DNA of 64,000 bases from Macrostomum hystrix (GCA_950097015.1 CATNEN010000002.1:8494001-8558000), one strand, 5' to 3'; shown: positions 24,751 to 36,960, counted from the stretch's first letter. The notes: generated by a model not told the origin, from the sequence alone. Made by a program: numbers and translations.

Positions 24751-25469
24751 CTAACGGAAATTCGAGACATATTTTCAGCCCTTTTTACCGGCCGCCGTCA
24801 TTCCAATAAAAAATGAGAACAATGCTAATAAGTGTGAAGACAAAATTCATAGCAACAATAACTTAGGCACGGACCCGTTGGTCGCTAGCCTACAAGAGTC
24901 ACACAGACCAATAATGTAGACCAGAACTGCGGTTCGATCGGCCCGCTGCAGTCGCTGAATTCCATCCAGCAGCCAGTGCGCCCGGTCAGAACCGAAAACC
25001 GGCTGCAGGAGCTCCGCCAAGCCGCGGCTGGTCATGAATTTGCGAGCTGCTGTGTGGACGTGGAGTTTCTGTTTTGTGGAGCTATTTATAGTGAAATCTA
25101 AAAATAGCACATCGCTGCGAACAAGTTGCGCTCTAACAGATGTACATTTTTTCCTGACAGACATTGAATGAAGCAATGAATAATTCGGTACGCCCAGAAT
25201 GATTTAGCATTCTGAACTCCTTTTATAGAAGTAGCTTTATAGGGGCATAAAGTTTGAAGCATTCTAACAAGGTGTTGCTGAGTGCATTTCCTTTCAAAGT
25301 TCAAATTGGTGCAAAAACTTAATTAGCAATTTAAATTTTAAAATAACCTTTGTCAGTACAGGCGAAAGATTCGACTGCCGGAAATGCTGAGCCTGCAGCA
25401 AGAAACGACCCGCAAAACTCCCGAATCAACGCTCGAAGCCCTCAGGCAACAAACAACTTCGACTCCTCA

Positions 25470-26057
25470 CCTTTCCTAACTCTCCCCTATCACACCACTC
25501 CACTGTCTCATCTCTCCCCTATCACACCACTCCACTGTCTCATCTCTCCCCTATCACACCACTCCACTGTCTCATCTCTCCCCTATCACACCACTCCACT
25601 GTCTCATCTCTCCACTGTCCACCACTCCACTGTCTCATCTCTCCCCTATCACACCACTCCACTGTCTCATCTCTCCCCTATCACACCACTCCACTGTCTC
25701 ATCTCTCCCCTATCACACCACTCCACTGTCTCATCTCTCCACTGTCCACCACTCCACTGTCTCATCTCTCCACTGTCCACCACTCCACTGTCTCGTCTCT
25801 CCACTGTCCACAACTCCCCTGTCTCATCTCTCTCCTGTTTATCTCTCCCCGGTCTAATGTCTCGCCTGTTTCATCCCTCCCTGTCACACTACTCCACAGT
25901 CTCATCTCTCCCCTGTCTCATCTCTCCCCTGTCTCATCTCTCCCCTGTCTCATCTCTCCCCTGTCTCATCTCTCCCCTGTCTCATCTCTCCCCTGTCTCA
26001 TCTCTCCCCTGTCTCATCTCTCCCCTGTCTCATCTCTCCCCTGTCTCGTCTCTCCCC
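25470..26057. repeat. (CTCATCTCTCCCCTGT)n 16-bp satellite and a longer derivative unit, left part
   Basis: Tandem array that resumes at 27779 after the P-like element. The same family occurs at 44175-45715. Confidence 0.95.
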
Positions 26058-27778
26058 CAGGGACTACTAAAACACTCGGGACGCGAAACGAGCCAAATCA
26101 TGGTGAAAAAAGTTAGGGGCTCGTTTAAGTCTATGGGCGCCCAATTTTCCATGCATTAAATGCATTACGATCAGCTGAGCTGCTGAAAAGACTAAGGCCA
26201 CAGTTCTATTATTTTCGCTTCAAAAGGTATAGAAGGTTCTCTAAAAGGATGTTAGTAATATTTACTAAATATGTTTTCTTTTGTCTTTGAGTAGTAAGAC
26301 ATGGCCGTACAGAGTACAATTACATAAATTTAAGCACGTGAGAAAAACACGAAGAAAGGGTTTAAACGTAGCATGGTGTGTATAGCGCGGAATGGAACTG
26401 AACATAGCTTATTTGAGGAGGAAATCATATGAGGACCTGCATAGGAAGAACTGGGGTACTCAGGTCTGCACCTGGCGGTTGAATAGTTAAGGTTCCATTG
26501 GATTCAGTTTGCCAATTGTTGCGAATGCACTTCAGAATGTGAACAAAGTCAAAGATCATGTAAAATTTCGACACCTGGTTCACTTCCATCGTTAAATAAG
26601 GCAAAGCATCGGCGATTGGCTGGGTGGTTGTCACAGACCAGAGCAACAACGCGACCACCGTTTTGATTGATTGTTTTAATGCACTGGCTGAAGTTTATTT
26701 TCAGTTCCGACTTCCCCTGTGCCGGCAAGCTGCATGTGCAGTGTTCTGGGATGAGGCAATGGCAACAGCTTCCTTATCTGTGAGCATGCCGAGCTACTGA
26801 TCAAATATAGCAAGGCCGCTTGTCGCACCAGCGTGATGTCGTAGCGGTGATTGTTGGAACTGACTAGTGCAAGCCTCAGTTGCTGAATCAAAAACATTAT
26901 CGATGGATCAATCCGGGGTTCAAGCTCGGTATTTGCGGCCAAAGTACTCTGCATTTTCTTTAAAAATGCTGGTACCTCGTGTTGAACTTTAGAGTCGGAA
27001 TTCTTGCAACGCACAATGACAGCATCCAATTGGGACCAATACTTTAGTGTCGGTTGAAATCCCAGCAAGTCTCGAATCAGAACAGGCGTGTGCATAATGA
27101 ATGCGCGAACGGAGAAGTTTGGGGCAATACTCGAAACTCGAACAGAAAGTTCTCCATCCGCATCTAACGAAAACAGGTAGACTTCTTCGCCAATGATGGT
27201 GGCGATCAACGCATGCTGAGTCACAACTTTCGCGCCCTTGACAACCACTTGGAACGTTTCCCATTCGGGCAAGACATCCAGCTGTCGAAATGCTTCCAGT
27301 TCATCTGCATCCACGTTCCTAGTGCCAGATGCCACACCTCGAATGTCTACTTGTCGAGCACTGCCTGAAATTTAGAGTTTTCGAACGGTAGTCAATCATG
27401 ATGAGCACGCAATCAAACAATAAATTTTCTGTTGCAATCTGCCTTTAGCTATGCGTACATTGCGTCTGTATGAAGCACGAAGTGGGAAAGTTAGAGATGA
27501 CAGAAGGCGGATCTTTCGGTCTTCATGTCGACCATTCTTCAACATGGGGGTGTCGCTTGGCCAGTGCTTTTGGCAGATGCCCAAAAGCATTTTTAATAAT
27601 TAGTTTGCATTCCATTTGCACCGACGCATATGATCGCTTAATATTAACATGTTTCTTACCTCCAAAATATTTGGTAGGGCCTGTCTCCAACGCTCCCGTT
27701 CTTGTGCATCTCGAGGAAAGGCAAATATCTTTGTTCGGCTTTCTTCTGAGTTATAGTCTTATATTTTCGTAGTCCCTG
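26058..27778 (-). mobile_element. P-element superfamily (THAP9-like) transposon, internally deleted and non-autonomous
   Basis: 15-bp TIRs CAGGGACTAC(T/G)AAAA at 26058-26072 and 27764-27778, with an 8-bp TSD CTCTCCCC on both sides. Minus-strand THAP fragments (IFAFPRDAQERERWRQALP; GICQKHW) and transposase fragments (RKLLPLPHPRTL; IFDFVHILKCIRNNW) are present. Confidence 0.88.
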
Positions 27779-27932
27779 CTCTCCCCTGTCTCATCTCTCC
27801 CCAGTCTCATCTCCCCACAGTCTCATCTCTCCCCTGTCTCATCTCTCCCCTGTCTCATCTCTCCCCAGTCTCATCTCCCCACAGTCTCATCTCTCCCCTG
27901 TCTCATCTCTCCCCTGTCTCATCTCTCCCCTC
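27779..27932. repeat. (CTCATCTCTCCCCTGT)n satellite, right part
   Basis: Continuation of the array interrupted by the P-like element. Confidence 0.9.
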
Positions 27933-28751
27933 AATATGATCATCATTTGATAGGTGCTTCGAAAAGTATTGACTGCACAGCGGAGTTTGTCTAACTAGCA
28001 TTTACCTGTGCTCAGATGATGGTGACGCCACAGACAGCTGAAGGTGCGACTCTGACTGACTACTAGAGACGGTTGTGCTGAGTTTCTTTCAGGACTCAAA
28101 ACTCACTGACTCATATCGAGCTGATCATCAAATGAGCTTGCTGCGTGTCTTCCATAAAATAGAGAGGCTGAACAAGATTGTGCAATCGCTACGTATTTCC
28201 CAGAATACCCGTTTTCAAAGTCATAGGACATATTTCTCGTCTCGTTTTCTTTTTAGACGCAAAAAGGACGCCTAACTACTCAAATTAGCTGGCGCGGTCC
28301 TGTCGGCTTATGCAATTTTGCTTTGTAAAGTTCAGCAAAAAGCTACTGCTTATACTCACCAGTAGTGTCTGTGAGCATGACTATAAATCCAGTTCTCTTC
28401 AGGACATGAACTGTTCTTCGTCTAATTTTAGACCTGACTCCTGACTGTACATTCACTGTTCAGTCCTTATCTCTAATCTTAGTGCAAGCGGCGACCAACC
28501 ACTCTATCCCTCTCTGCCCCAGCCTAGCGTACCCTCCTGTCCAAAGTGTACTTTTGGCCAAAGTGCACACCAGCAGACAGAAGCTTGGCCAACATCAGCC
28601 AGTTAACGGTGAGACAGATCTGTAGGGGAACTTTGGGGGCAGGAAAATTGTTTATCATTGCTTTATACCAACCCAGTCGTTCCAAGGGCCGACATTTTTG
28701 TGGCTTAGAGCTCAAATCCTTTGCCTTGTCCTCAGTACAGACAGTTCAACG

Positions 28752-31700
28752 ATGCTCAAGGAGCTGCCAGCTGCGCTACTTGTGGTCGGCTTCCTGACGG
28801 TGGTCGCTGGCCAGGAGTTGAAGTGGCTGCCGATTCGGCCGAGCCTGCCCCTGCTGCCTGAGCCCGGCTCCGCTGACGCCTCCAAGCACTGGGTGGTGCT
28901 GGTGGCCGGCAGTAACACCTGGTCCAATTATCGGCATCAGGTACGCAACTGCATGGATTCACTCTGAATTCGCTGCTAGTTCGGGCATGGAAATCACGGG
29001 ATTGACTGGAAAAGCTTGGTTTGATAATTAGTTTTCGAAATCGAGAAAGGAACTTCCTAATTAATAATAATAATTGCAGGAGGGCTGCGGGCAATGGCAC
29101 ATTATTTCCGCGGAATCGAGCACACGGACTTAGTTCTGAAAGGCGAACATGTTATACACTTTTTAGATGACGATATTTTTTGTCTTATTTTAGACACTCG
29201 GGCCAGTACAAGCCGGTAGAGACTTTTATCGATCTCCACCCTTTTTGTGTCGATAACAAATATTGTAAATTTATTTTCTCATAGCCCAACATCCACAAGA
29301 GCCTGCCAGCAGGTTCCAACTGCATCCGAAAATCTACTTCCGTTTCTTAACTAAAAGATTCCATAATTTATTTTCCGCTAGCAGCAGTCGCTCTGGTTTC
29401 TGGACAACGGCAAGAGCTACTATTTCCATTCTATTTATTACATGGTTTTTACCTTTCGCCGTGTCACCAGATGTCTTCGCCACCCAACACTTCCTCAGGC
29501 GGATGTCTGCCACGCCTACCAGATCGTCAAGAAGCACGGCGTGCCAGAGGACCAGATCATCACGATGATGTACGACGATATCGCGCACAATGTCGAGTGA
29601 GTTATATGACCTTCAAGGCGATTTCAAATGGCGCTGTTAGGACAATTAAGAACTTAATAAGTAGAATAAATTCATACTAATTAAAATAACATCGTTACAG
29701 AAACCCGACCAAGGGGGTTATCATCAACAAACCGGGAGGCTCCGACGTTTACGGTGGAGTGAAGATCGACTATAAAGGAAATGTGAGTTAATTTCAGCCT
29801 CTGATTAGGAGGCCGGTGAAATTGGATTGCTTACAAATATCATTCCTTAACAAAATTATAAAAAAGACTTAAAGGTCAGGGGTTCGATTCCTGACTCCAC
29901 TGGAGCAAGTTGTGTCCTTTAGCAAGACACTTAACTCTGCATTGCTTCAGTTCACCAAGCTGTTAAATGTGTACTAGCAGTTGCTGGGGTAATTGAGTGT
30001 CGGTGTAGCATCCCCCCTCCAGTCCATGGACTGAACAGCCGTACGCAGCCTTCAATAGCAGCGGCTGTGCTGTCGGCTGCACATGTGGCTCAGTTAGGGC
30101 AGGTGTAATCAAATATTATTAGCTGTTATTATTATTTATCACAGGCTGTAAACTCGAAAAACTTCCTGAACGTGCTGCAAGGCAAAGGCAGCGGCAAAGT
30201 CCTGAAGAGCGGACCCAACGACATCGTCTTCATCAACTTTGTTGACCACGGAGCTCCGGGACTCATCGCCTTCCCGAATGACGTGGTGAGTGCTGTGAGC
30301 TTGAGCTATCAGTAAGTTATCAGGCCGGTGTGGCTGCAAAGAATTTTATTAGCGATTAATAATGTCTCACCTTGAATTAAAATTCAGCTCAAGGCCAAGC
30401 CGCTGATCGACGCCCTGAAGTACATGCATCAGAACAACATGTACAAGAAGCTTGTCTTCTACCTGGAGGCCTGCGAGTCCGGCTCCATGTTTGAGAAACT
30501 CCTGCCACCGGGCATCAGCAGTGAGTGCTGGCGATTGCTCCGAGTGCTGTTGGTTTTTCTGTAGGTTTATTCCCGCATTGAATCAAGAACCTGGCCTCCT
30601 TAAACAGTCTTTGCCACCACGGCTGCCAACTCGGACGAGTCCAGCTACGCCTGCTATTACGACAATAAGCGTGAAACCTACCTGGGCGACGTCTACAGCG
30701 TCAACTGGATGGAAGACACCGACGCGCAGGACATCAGCCACGAGACACTGGATGAGCAGTTTGCTGCCGTGAAGCAGAAGACCAACACTAGTCACGTGAT
30801 GAAGTACGGTGACATGGTGAGTGCCTGTGAAAGTACCTTGTGTCTGTGTTGCATCCAGGAATATAAAATCTGAGCTGGCCCTTCTCTATTGGCAATTTTC
30901 GTCTCAACTTGACACTCCAGTCACTCGGCAACGACAAGGTGGGAGAATACCAGGGCAGTCTGGTCGGAGTGCCCTTCCAGCCACTGACTCCCAGTCCGTC
31001 GGTATGTCATTGAAAAACATATGCATTTCTGCCTTGAGTTTTTTTTGGCTACGCCCGAAAGTAAATAAATTATTGAAATTTCCAGAAGAGCGACGCCGTC
31101 TCTCAGCGCGACGTGCAGATGACGGTGCTGAAGAAGCGGCGGGCCAGCGCCAAGACCGAGCAGGATCGCATCATTCTCGACTTCCTCATTCGGCAGCTGG
31201 AGGCCGTGAGTGTTGGGGCTGCAGTCAACCACTTGACTCATAAAAATGGAAGAAAATTTGACCCAATGACTCAACTCACATTGGTGGCAGCGGTGGGATC
31301 TAGTGAGTCTCCACGATCCACCTTGGGGAATGCCCTTGCTACGGCACTTATCAGCCAATGGAATGGAACAGCATTATTTCCTATCCGCACCAGTTTGCTA
31401 TTACTTCATTATTTACTTCATTATTACTTCATAGCCATTACTTCACACGCCAAGCATGGAACCCAGGGGGTCAGTGGTAAAGCGGTTAAGGCGGTTCCTG
31501 AGCTCGATAGAATGGATGGATAGAATGGATAGAATTGTCTCCTCGCTGGCTGCTGGTCTAGTGTCACCAATGATGTGCCATTGCCGACAGCCCTCCTGCA
31601 ATTAAACATTTTCTATTATTGTTATAGAAACTATCCGAATCTTAAACACGGAACCTGCGATTTCAGAAACAAGCCAAGGTCGCTCAGGTGTTCGATGATA

Positions 31701-32070
31701 TCGTTAGGAAGTCGCTGACCGATCCCCGGCTGGCCCGTTTCTTCAAGGTGATTCGCTACCGGCTGAACAACATCGACTGCCATCACGCTGTCGTTGATGA
31801 GGTTCACGAGCGGTGCTTCAACCTCGGACAGGTAAATGCAAATTAAAATTTTGTTATGCCCATAAATGTACCCAGAATGATACCTTGGGGTTCTTGAAGC
31901 TCTTCAACTCTTGAAAAGCAATCTAGCCAAACTCCACAATCGATCCATGACAGACCGATGAGGCTCTTCGCCACATCTACAAGATTGTGAACCTGTGCGA
32001 GTCCCGGGTGCCCACCTCCAGGATTGTGGCCGCTGTTCGCGAGGTTTGTGGCCCGCACTTCCGTCTGTGA
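28752..32070 (+). CDS. LGMN: Legumain / asparaginyl endopeptidase (peptidase C13); exons 28752-28940, 29499-29596, 29701-29782, 30145-30285, 30388-30520, 30608-30816, 30921-31001, 31086-31205, ~31667-31831, 31954-32070
   Basis: Signal peptide, [26 protein letters not shown], catalytic His in FVDHGAPG and Cys in [32 protein letters not shown] and a C-terminal LSAM-like prodomain. GT-AG introns. Confidence 0.95.
29870..30135 (+). mobile_element. tRNA-derived SINE, family B (5'-truncated), in legumain intron 3
   Basis: B-box GGTTCGATTCC, central GTGTCCTTTAGCAAGACACTTAAC...TTCACCAAGCTGTTAAATG, palindrome CAGTCCATGGACTG and an ATT-rich tail. Related copies lie at 32208, 46425 and 52060. Confidence 0.7.
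31455..31625 (+). mobile_element. SINE family A, internally deleted copy in a legumain intron
   Basis: The head GTGGTAAAGCGGTTAAG...GAGCTCGAT is joined to the 3' segment GAATTGTCTCCTCGCTGGCTGCTGGTC...CAGCCCTCCTGCAATT. Confidence 0.65.
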
Positions 32071-32207
32071 TTCCTGATTTCTGCGATCCCGGTAGAATCT
32101 GCACCTCGTTGCCATATAACAAACTATTTGCTAATTAACTGTAATTTACTCAACAATTTTCAGACAGTTTGACATTTAGTTACATATTAATATTTTGGGG
32201 GTAGGTG

Positions 32208-32425
32208 GGGCTGTGGCCTAGTGGTTAGGTGTTCCGACTCACGACTCACGACTTTGAAGGTCGGTGGTTCGATTCCTGACTCTACTGATACTCTACTTTG
32301 GGTTGTGGCGTCACATTGTCCATGGACTGGAAACAGCCCCCTGTTCTTCAGATAAGCAGTATCTGCGGCTTTGCTGTTGGTTGCATATTGCTGTTGGTTG
32401 GTTGATTATAATGCTATTATAACTC
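32208..32425 (+). mobile_element. tRNA-derived SINE, family B
   Basis: A-box TGGCCTAGTGG, B-box GGTTCGATTCC and GTCCATGGACTG. The tRNA-like head is not followed by an acceptor-stem complement. Confidence 0.7.
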
Positions 32426-33409
32426 TTGATTACAAATAATTGCACCTTCCTATTTACTTTTGAAGTATGCGATGTTCAGACGAAAAGAAAAATCATATGT
32501 TATAAAAAAGTGAAGCCATTGTCCGTGTTCGTATCTGTTGTCATGCTTCCAGCCAGTGAACACCGGCTGTGTTAATGATAATGCGACTTAACAAATTCAT
32601 TCGATTTCTATTCTTTTGTGTTCCATGAGCAAAAATTTCTACGATTGATTGTTGACAACTGAATTCGCGAAATTGCATAAAACCACTTTATTTTTTTTCT
32701 AAAACACTGAATAAACTTTTCAATAAAGCAAAGTTGTCTTCTTATCGGTGACGCATGTTTTCAGCAGTTTTTCTTTAAAAAAGATCGCTTTGACACGGCC
32801 GAGGCTTATCAAGAACTGTGATAAGCTAGGAGCTGGGACCCAGGTTTTCAAAAGTCTGTGGTGGCAACACAGGCTTAGAGCCTTTCTGCATTTCTCTGAT
32901 AAGAGCCTCGACCTTTTCAACCGCTGCTACTAAAAGTAGTGGTCATTCGCGCATAGCTCTACTCGCGACAGTAGGCAGTTTTGCCTTGCCTTTCCCAATG
33001 ACAGGGAACTGTAATTTCTCTTTAGCTGTCAGCCGGGATGACTCATCCACGAGTTCGAGCACTGCTTTGGGTGGGCACAACATTTCCTCTTCGAGGCTTT
33101 TGGGTCGACTGGGACTTACTAGCTTGAGGCCTAATTGGACCTGGCCCCTCCCTGTAGGGGCTTCCCCTGCTCCTCTACCCCATCCTATTCTCCAGCCTAA
33201 GTCCCCTCTCCATTCTCTCCTTCCCTCCCTAGGTTACTCAGTGATTGTCCCCGCGCGTTATCGTCGTCAGTCCGTAGACTTCGCCGCTTCGTCGCACCCA
33301 CTTCGGTAAAAATACTTTCTTACTGATAATGAATTTTATCAGTATGACTTGCATCAGAGTCCCCGAGCTCGAATCCTGGGCGAGGCCACATTTGGAATGC
33401 AGCAGCGGT

Positions 33410-33790
33410 GAGAAGACTAGGGAGCTTGTCGCTCTAGTGAGTGCTTGAAGCCGATGTCAGTGCAGATGTAGACACCTGAGTGTACTAGACCTGCAGCCAG
33501 CGAGGAGGCAATTCTGCCCGTTTCGCTGACTCCTGAGCACACACGCACACAGATACTGTACGCAGGCATACGCTCACACAGGTGTGTACATCTGCCCTGA
33601 CTTTCTCATCGTCAGGCAGTGTACACTCTCACTGTGCCTTGGAGGTTGGCCCTCAAGGGCGTAAATTGCACGACAAGCCCCCAAGCCTTCTCTCCGCGGC
33701 TGCGCCCCAAATGAATGTGGCCTCGCCGTGGAATCGAACTTAGGGACCTTGGTGCGAGAGGCAAACGCAATAACCGCTCTGCCACTCACC
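33410..33790 (-). mobile_element. SINE family A, best-preserved copy
   Basis: The minus strand begins GGTGAGTGGCAGAGCGGTT...GTTCGATTCC (A and B boxes) and aligns along its length to 2412-2752. Confidence 0.8.
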
Positions 33791-34114
33791 CTAAAGGAGG
33801 AATTTCAAATACCTACGTTTTTTTAATATTCAAAATATTCAGCCAATCGTTAGGAAAATCCGAAATATGAGCTAAAATTCTCCGTTCTCTTTGATGAAAC
33901 AATTCAGAATCAGAAAATGTGTCTGGTGGGTGGCAAGAGCAACAAATATAGTCATATTTTTTCTGCTCACTAAATATGTTGGTTACCTTTTTATTTGATG
34001 GCGTTGATTATGCTGTTATTTTTTCTCGTTAGTCTGCATGTCTTCTGCCTTCTGCCTTCAGAAAAACATGGTCCACTCCATCGTCATCAGCTGCGCGCAG
34101 TGATAAGTGGGGGG

Positions 34115-34410
34115 AGTGAGTGGCAGTGGGGATGAGTGACAGCAGTCTGACACGTTTGCCCCTCACAGCAATGTAAATGAGCTCGATCCAGCCGCAAGGC
34201 CAAATTTATTTAGGGCTCAGCTGCAAGCAGAGGCTTGGGGGCTTGTCACACAATTTACGCCCTTGAGGGCCAACCCCCAAGTCACAGTGACGAGAGTGTA
34301 CACTGCCTGACGATGAGAAAGTAGGCGAAAGCTGGCTGCTGGTCTGGTGTCGGATTATTGTGGCAGGTCGCACCGCAGTCCACCTGCCAACTCTATTATT
34401 ATTTATCTCT
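34115..34410 (+). mobile_element. SINE family A copy
   Basis: GGCTTGGGGGCTTGTCACACAATTTACGCCCTTGAGGGCCAAC...GAGAGTGTACACTGCCTGACGATGAGAAAG matches the 33410-33790(-) copy. Confidence 0.7.
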
Positions 34411-34697
34411 ATTCCGCGCAGAATAGATAATAAAAGAATTACATTTCTGAAGATTCAAGTGAATAACGAGCACACAAAACTGTGGTACGTTCTAGAAAGT
34501 CGATAAGTATTTTGTCGATCTCGTATTTTGGTAAATTCAATCACAATATACGTCCGTTGCCGCTCAATCCTTTGGGCATTGCAAAAACAATTGTATTTTA
34601 ATTGGCTCATAATAAATAGTTTTCTAAGAAAATTTATCAGTAATAGGCATGGCTTTTGATTTTTTCAGTGCCAGTAAAACTGTGCGTTAACGACATT

Positions 34698-35611
34698 TCA
34701 CAAATCGAACCCGTAGACTTCAACCTCGCACATATTGATTGCTGCTGAAATAAGCAAGCGGTTTTCAATGCGAATGCTGCTTCCATAGTGCCAGCACGAC
34801 ACGTTGGTGATCGCGAACGGTTTGCTAACTTTGACACCGCCACACTGAACATTTTCGACCACTAGAGCTAATTCATTCATCCTCTCAGAGCAGCAGTCCA
34901 AGCGGTTGTAAATTGTCACCTGACTCACAATGGTCGGTCTCAGCAGGTGAGCCTGCCACCATTCTCTCACACCGAAATTTGTGTGACTACAGGAACCATC
35001 CCAATGTTTTGGATTTAGATTTCCGTCGATTGCTCGAGTGCAGTCAGCGCTCGATAAGACGGAGCTTTGACTGCAGTTGAACATTAGCTTCTTCGTTATT
35101 GCACCTGCGAAATAGAGAGTACAAATGCCTTGGCAAATGATGTAGAGCTTCAAAATTTACCAGCAGAATCATTATTGTCAGCTGGCTCGATAGACTGCCA
35201 TTAGAAAGCTGTATGGCGCTAATATGAACTGCCTACACAACAATTCTGAATCCTACGCAGAAAATACCAAGACTCACCTGCGTCAGGTGGTCGGACATAG
35301 ACGTCGCCCTGCTGGTTGTCATGCAGCCACGGAACTATCCAGAATATGGATGAGTTGAACAAGCCGCACAGACCGCCGCTGATCCAGTAGAATCCGTAGC
35401 ACATCAGCTTGGCTGAGCACTCAAATGAGCAGTGGGCTGCGCTCAGCGTTCCCGTCAGCTCATCAAACACAGCTGGACTGGTCCTGTTGGTGCCTGAGCT
35501 CGACATCCAGTATGAGTAGCCTATTGAGCTCGCAACCGACTGCTCAAAGTGGCCTAGGATGAGCAGCGCTACGAGAAGTGAACCTGCAAAGCTTCGATGT
35601 CTCATTTTCAC
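34698..35611 (-). CDS. Secreted PAN/apple + F-type lectin (fucolectin, F5/8C-fold) protein; exons 35611-35279 and 35104-34698
   Basis: Signal peptide; PAN-like CSFECSAKLMCYGFYWISGGLCGL; FTLD motifs RAIDGN, CSHT, WWQAHL, VTIYNRLDCCSERM and MCEVEVYG. Phase-1 GT-AG intron. Confidence 0.85.
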
Positions 35612-36339
35612 GAGAATCTCTGATCAACTCTAACAGTAAATGATAGACTTTTTCTCTGCACCTGGAGGCTGGATTAATGATGGGACTAATTTAACAGCTA
35701 CAGCAGCTCATTATGAATTCAATTTGAGAGGCACTGTGTCGATGTGCAGTTTTTCTATTCTTCCTAATTCCTTACCTGGGGTGGGGGTAGAAAGCTAGTT
35801 TTATCTCAAAAAGCCCAATGGCTTGCATGTTCAGAAATTTCTGACGAATTGGCGCTCAGTTAATACTCTTCTAGCAGGCGATCCATTGAATTTTTATAAA
35901 GAGATTACTAGGCAACGCATTTATTATCCTTCAAAGTGAAGTAGAAAGCATGGTCACTAACTAAATAGTGACTGTCTGGGTCGCCAACTATGCTGCATCG
36001 ATTGCGAAGCGATGCCCGTACAAGTCAGTTGAGCAATTCATTATTTTTAAGCTAAAACCCGCCAGCTGAATTTATAATAACTATACTAGCCTATGGGACA
36101 ACGAAGAAAAAATTTATTCCATCAGATGGTCATGTTGGGTAGCTGCGTCTCATTGTTGGGGTGGGTTGCCATAATATAAACGCTCTGTTTTCTACATTTC
36201 GATGGAAAACATCGTTTATGTTTTAATGCATTGGTATACTCTAGTTGGTATTTGTACAGTAGTACAGTATGGACAGTACTAGTGAGATGACATTGTGAGT
36301 GAATAAAATGAACTATGCAAACTAAAAGAAAGCAGCTTG

Positions 36340-36960
36340 GAACACAGTTGGAAAAATGCCTCCTCCAGCTTCCGCACTTGCTGCTGGAAGGTCGCGCTGA
36401 AAAGAATTCAGTCGTCTATGAGCACCTCCATCCAGTTTATAACAGCCATCGTCAGGTCCATCAGGCGTTGAAAGGTCTCTGGCGCGCCTTAGCAAAGACC
36501 AAACCCGAGCTTCGTGCACTGCATCAGGCCCTGTGTGGTGTATAAGGCGGTTTTCTCCCGGTCTTGATCTCGTAGCTTCTTCCGAACAACGAGTACGTTG
36601 CTCACCCACGGGCTTCAAGACGTCTCGACAATCCCGTGTCGCAGCATCTCGCTAAGCTTGTCGCCTACTTGCTGCCGGAAAACAAGCCCAGTTGGACGGG
36701 CGATGGTGCCTTGACTGGGTTGATGACGCGGCTGCGACCGGGAATGTCACAGTGCTAGCGATACTAGCGATCACGGCGGTGGGCACCGCACGTACTGGTC
36801 CGGAGGTCTCCGCTGAAGCTCGAGCCCAACTTAATGATGGCGTCCATGCTGAGTACGCATTCTGGCTGAATGTCAGCGACCACCGTCACGTGCAGTACTT
36901 CAAGCCAGTCCCTCCAGCTGTATTGCCAGTGTCGGAGACTCTAACCGTCGACCATCGATG
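36340..36960 (-). mobile_element. Gypsy-type LTR retrotransposon pol remnant (protease-RT), degraded
   Basis: Minus-strand pieces EMLRHGIVETS*SPWVSNVLVVRKK and DREKTA...GLM...FGL..APETFQRLMD...LIDD*ILFS follow Gypsy RT motifs, with stops and deletions. Confidence 0.75.

Noticed and set aside
32208-32290. Possible tRNA genes (also 33715-33790 minus and 2412-2480)
   Set aside because: A and B boxes are present, but there is no closing acceptor stem or cloverleaf, and each continues into a repeated SINE body.
34300-34335. Hammerhead ribozyme candidate CTGACGA...CGAAA (also CTGAAGA at ~56088 after the Penelope remnant)
   Set aside because: No pairing stem II between the core halves and no stem III with a UH cleavage site could be built.
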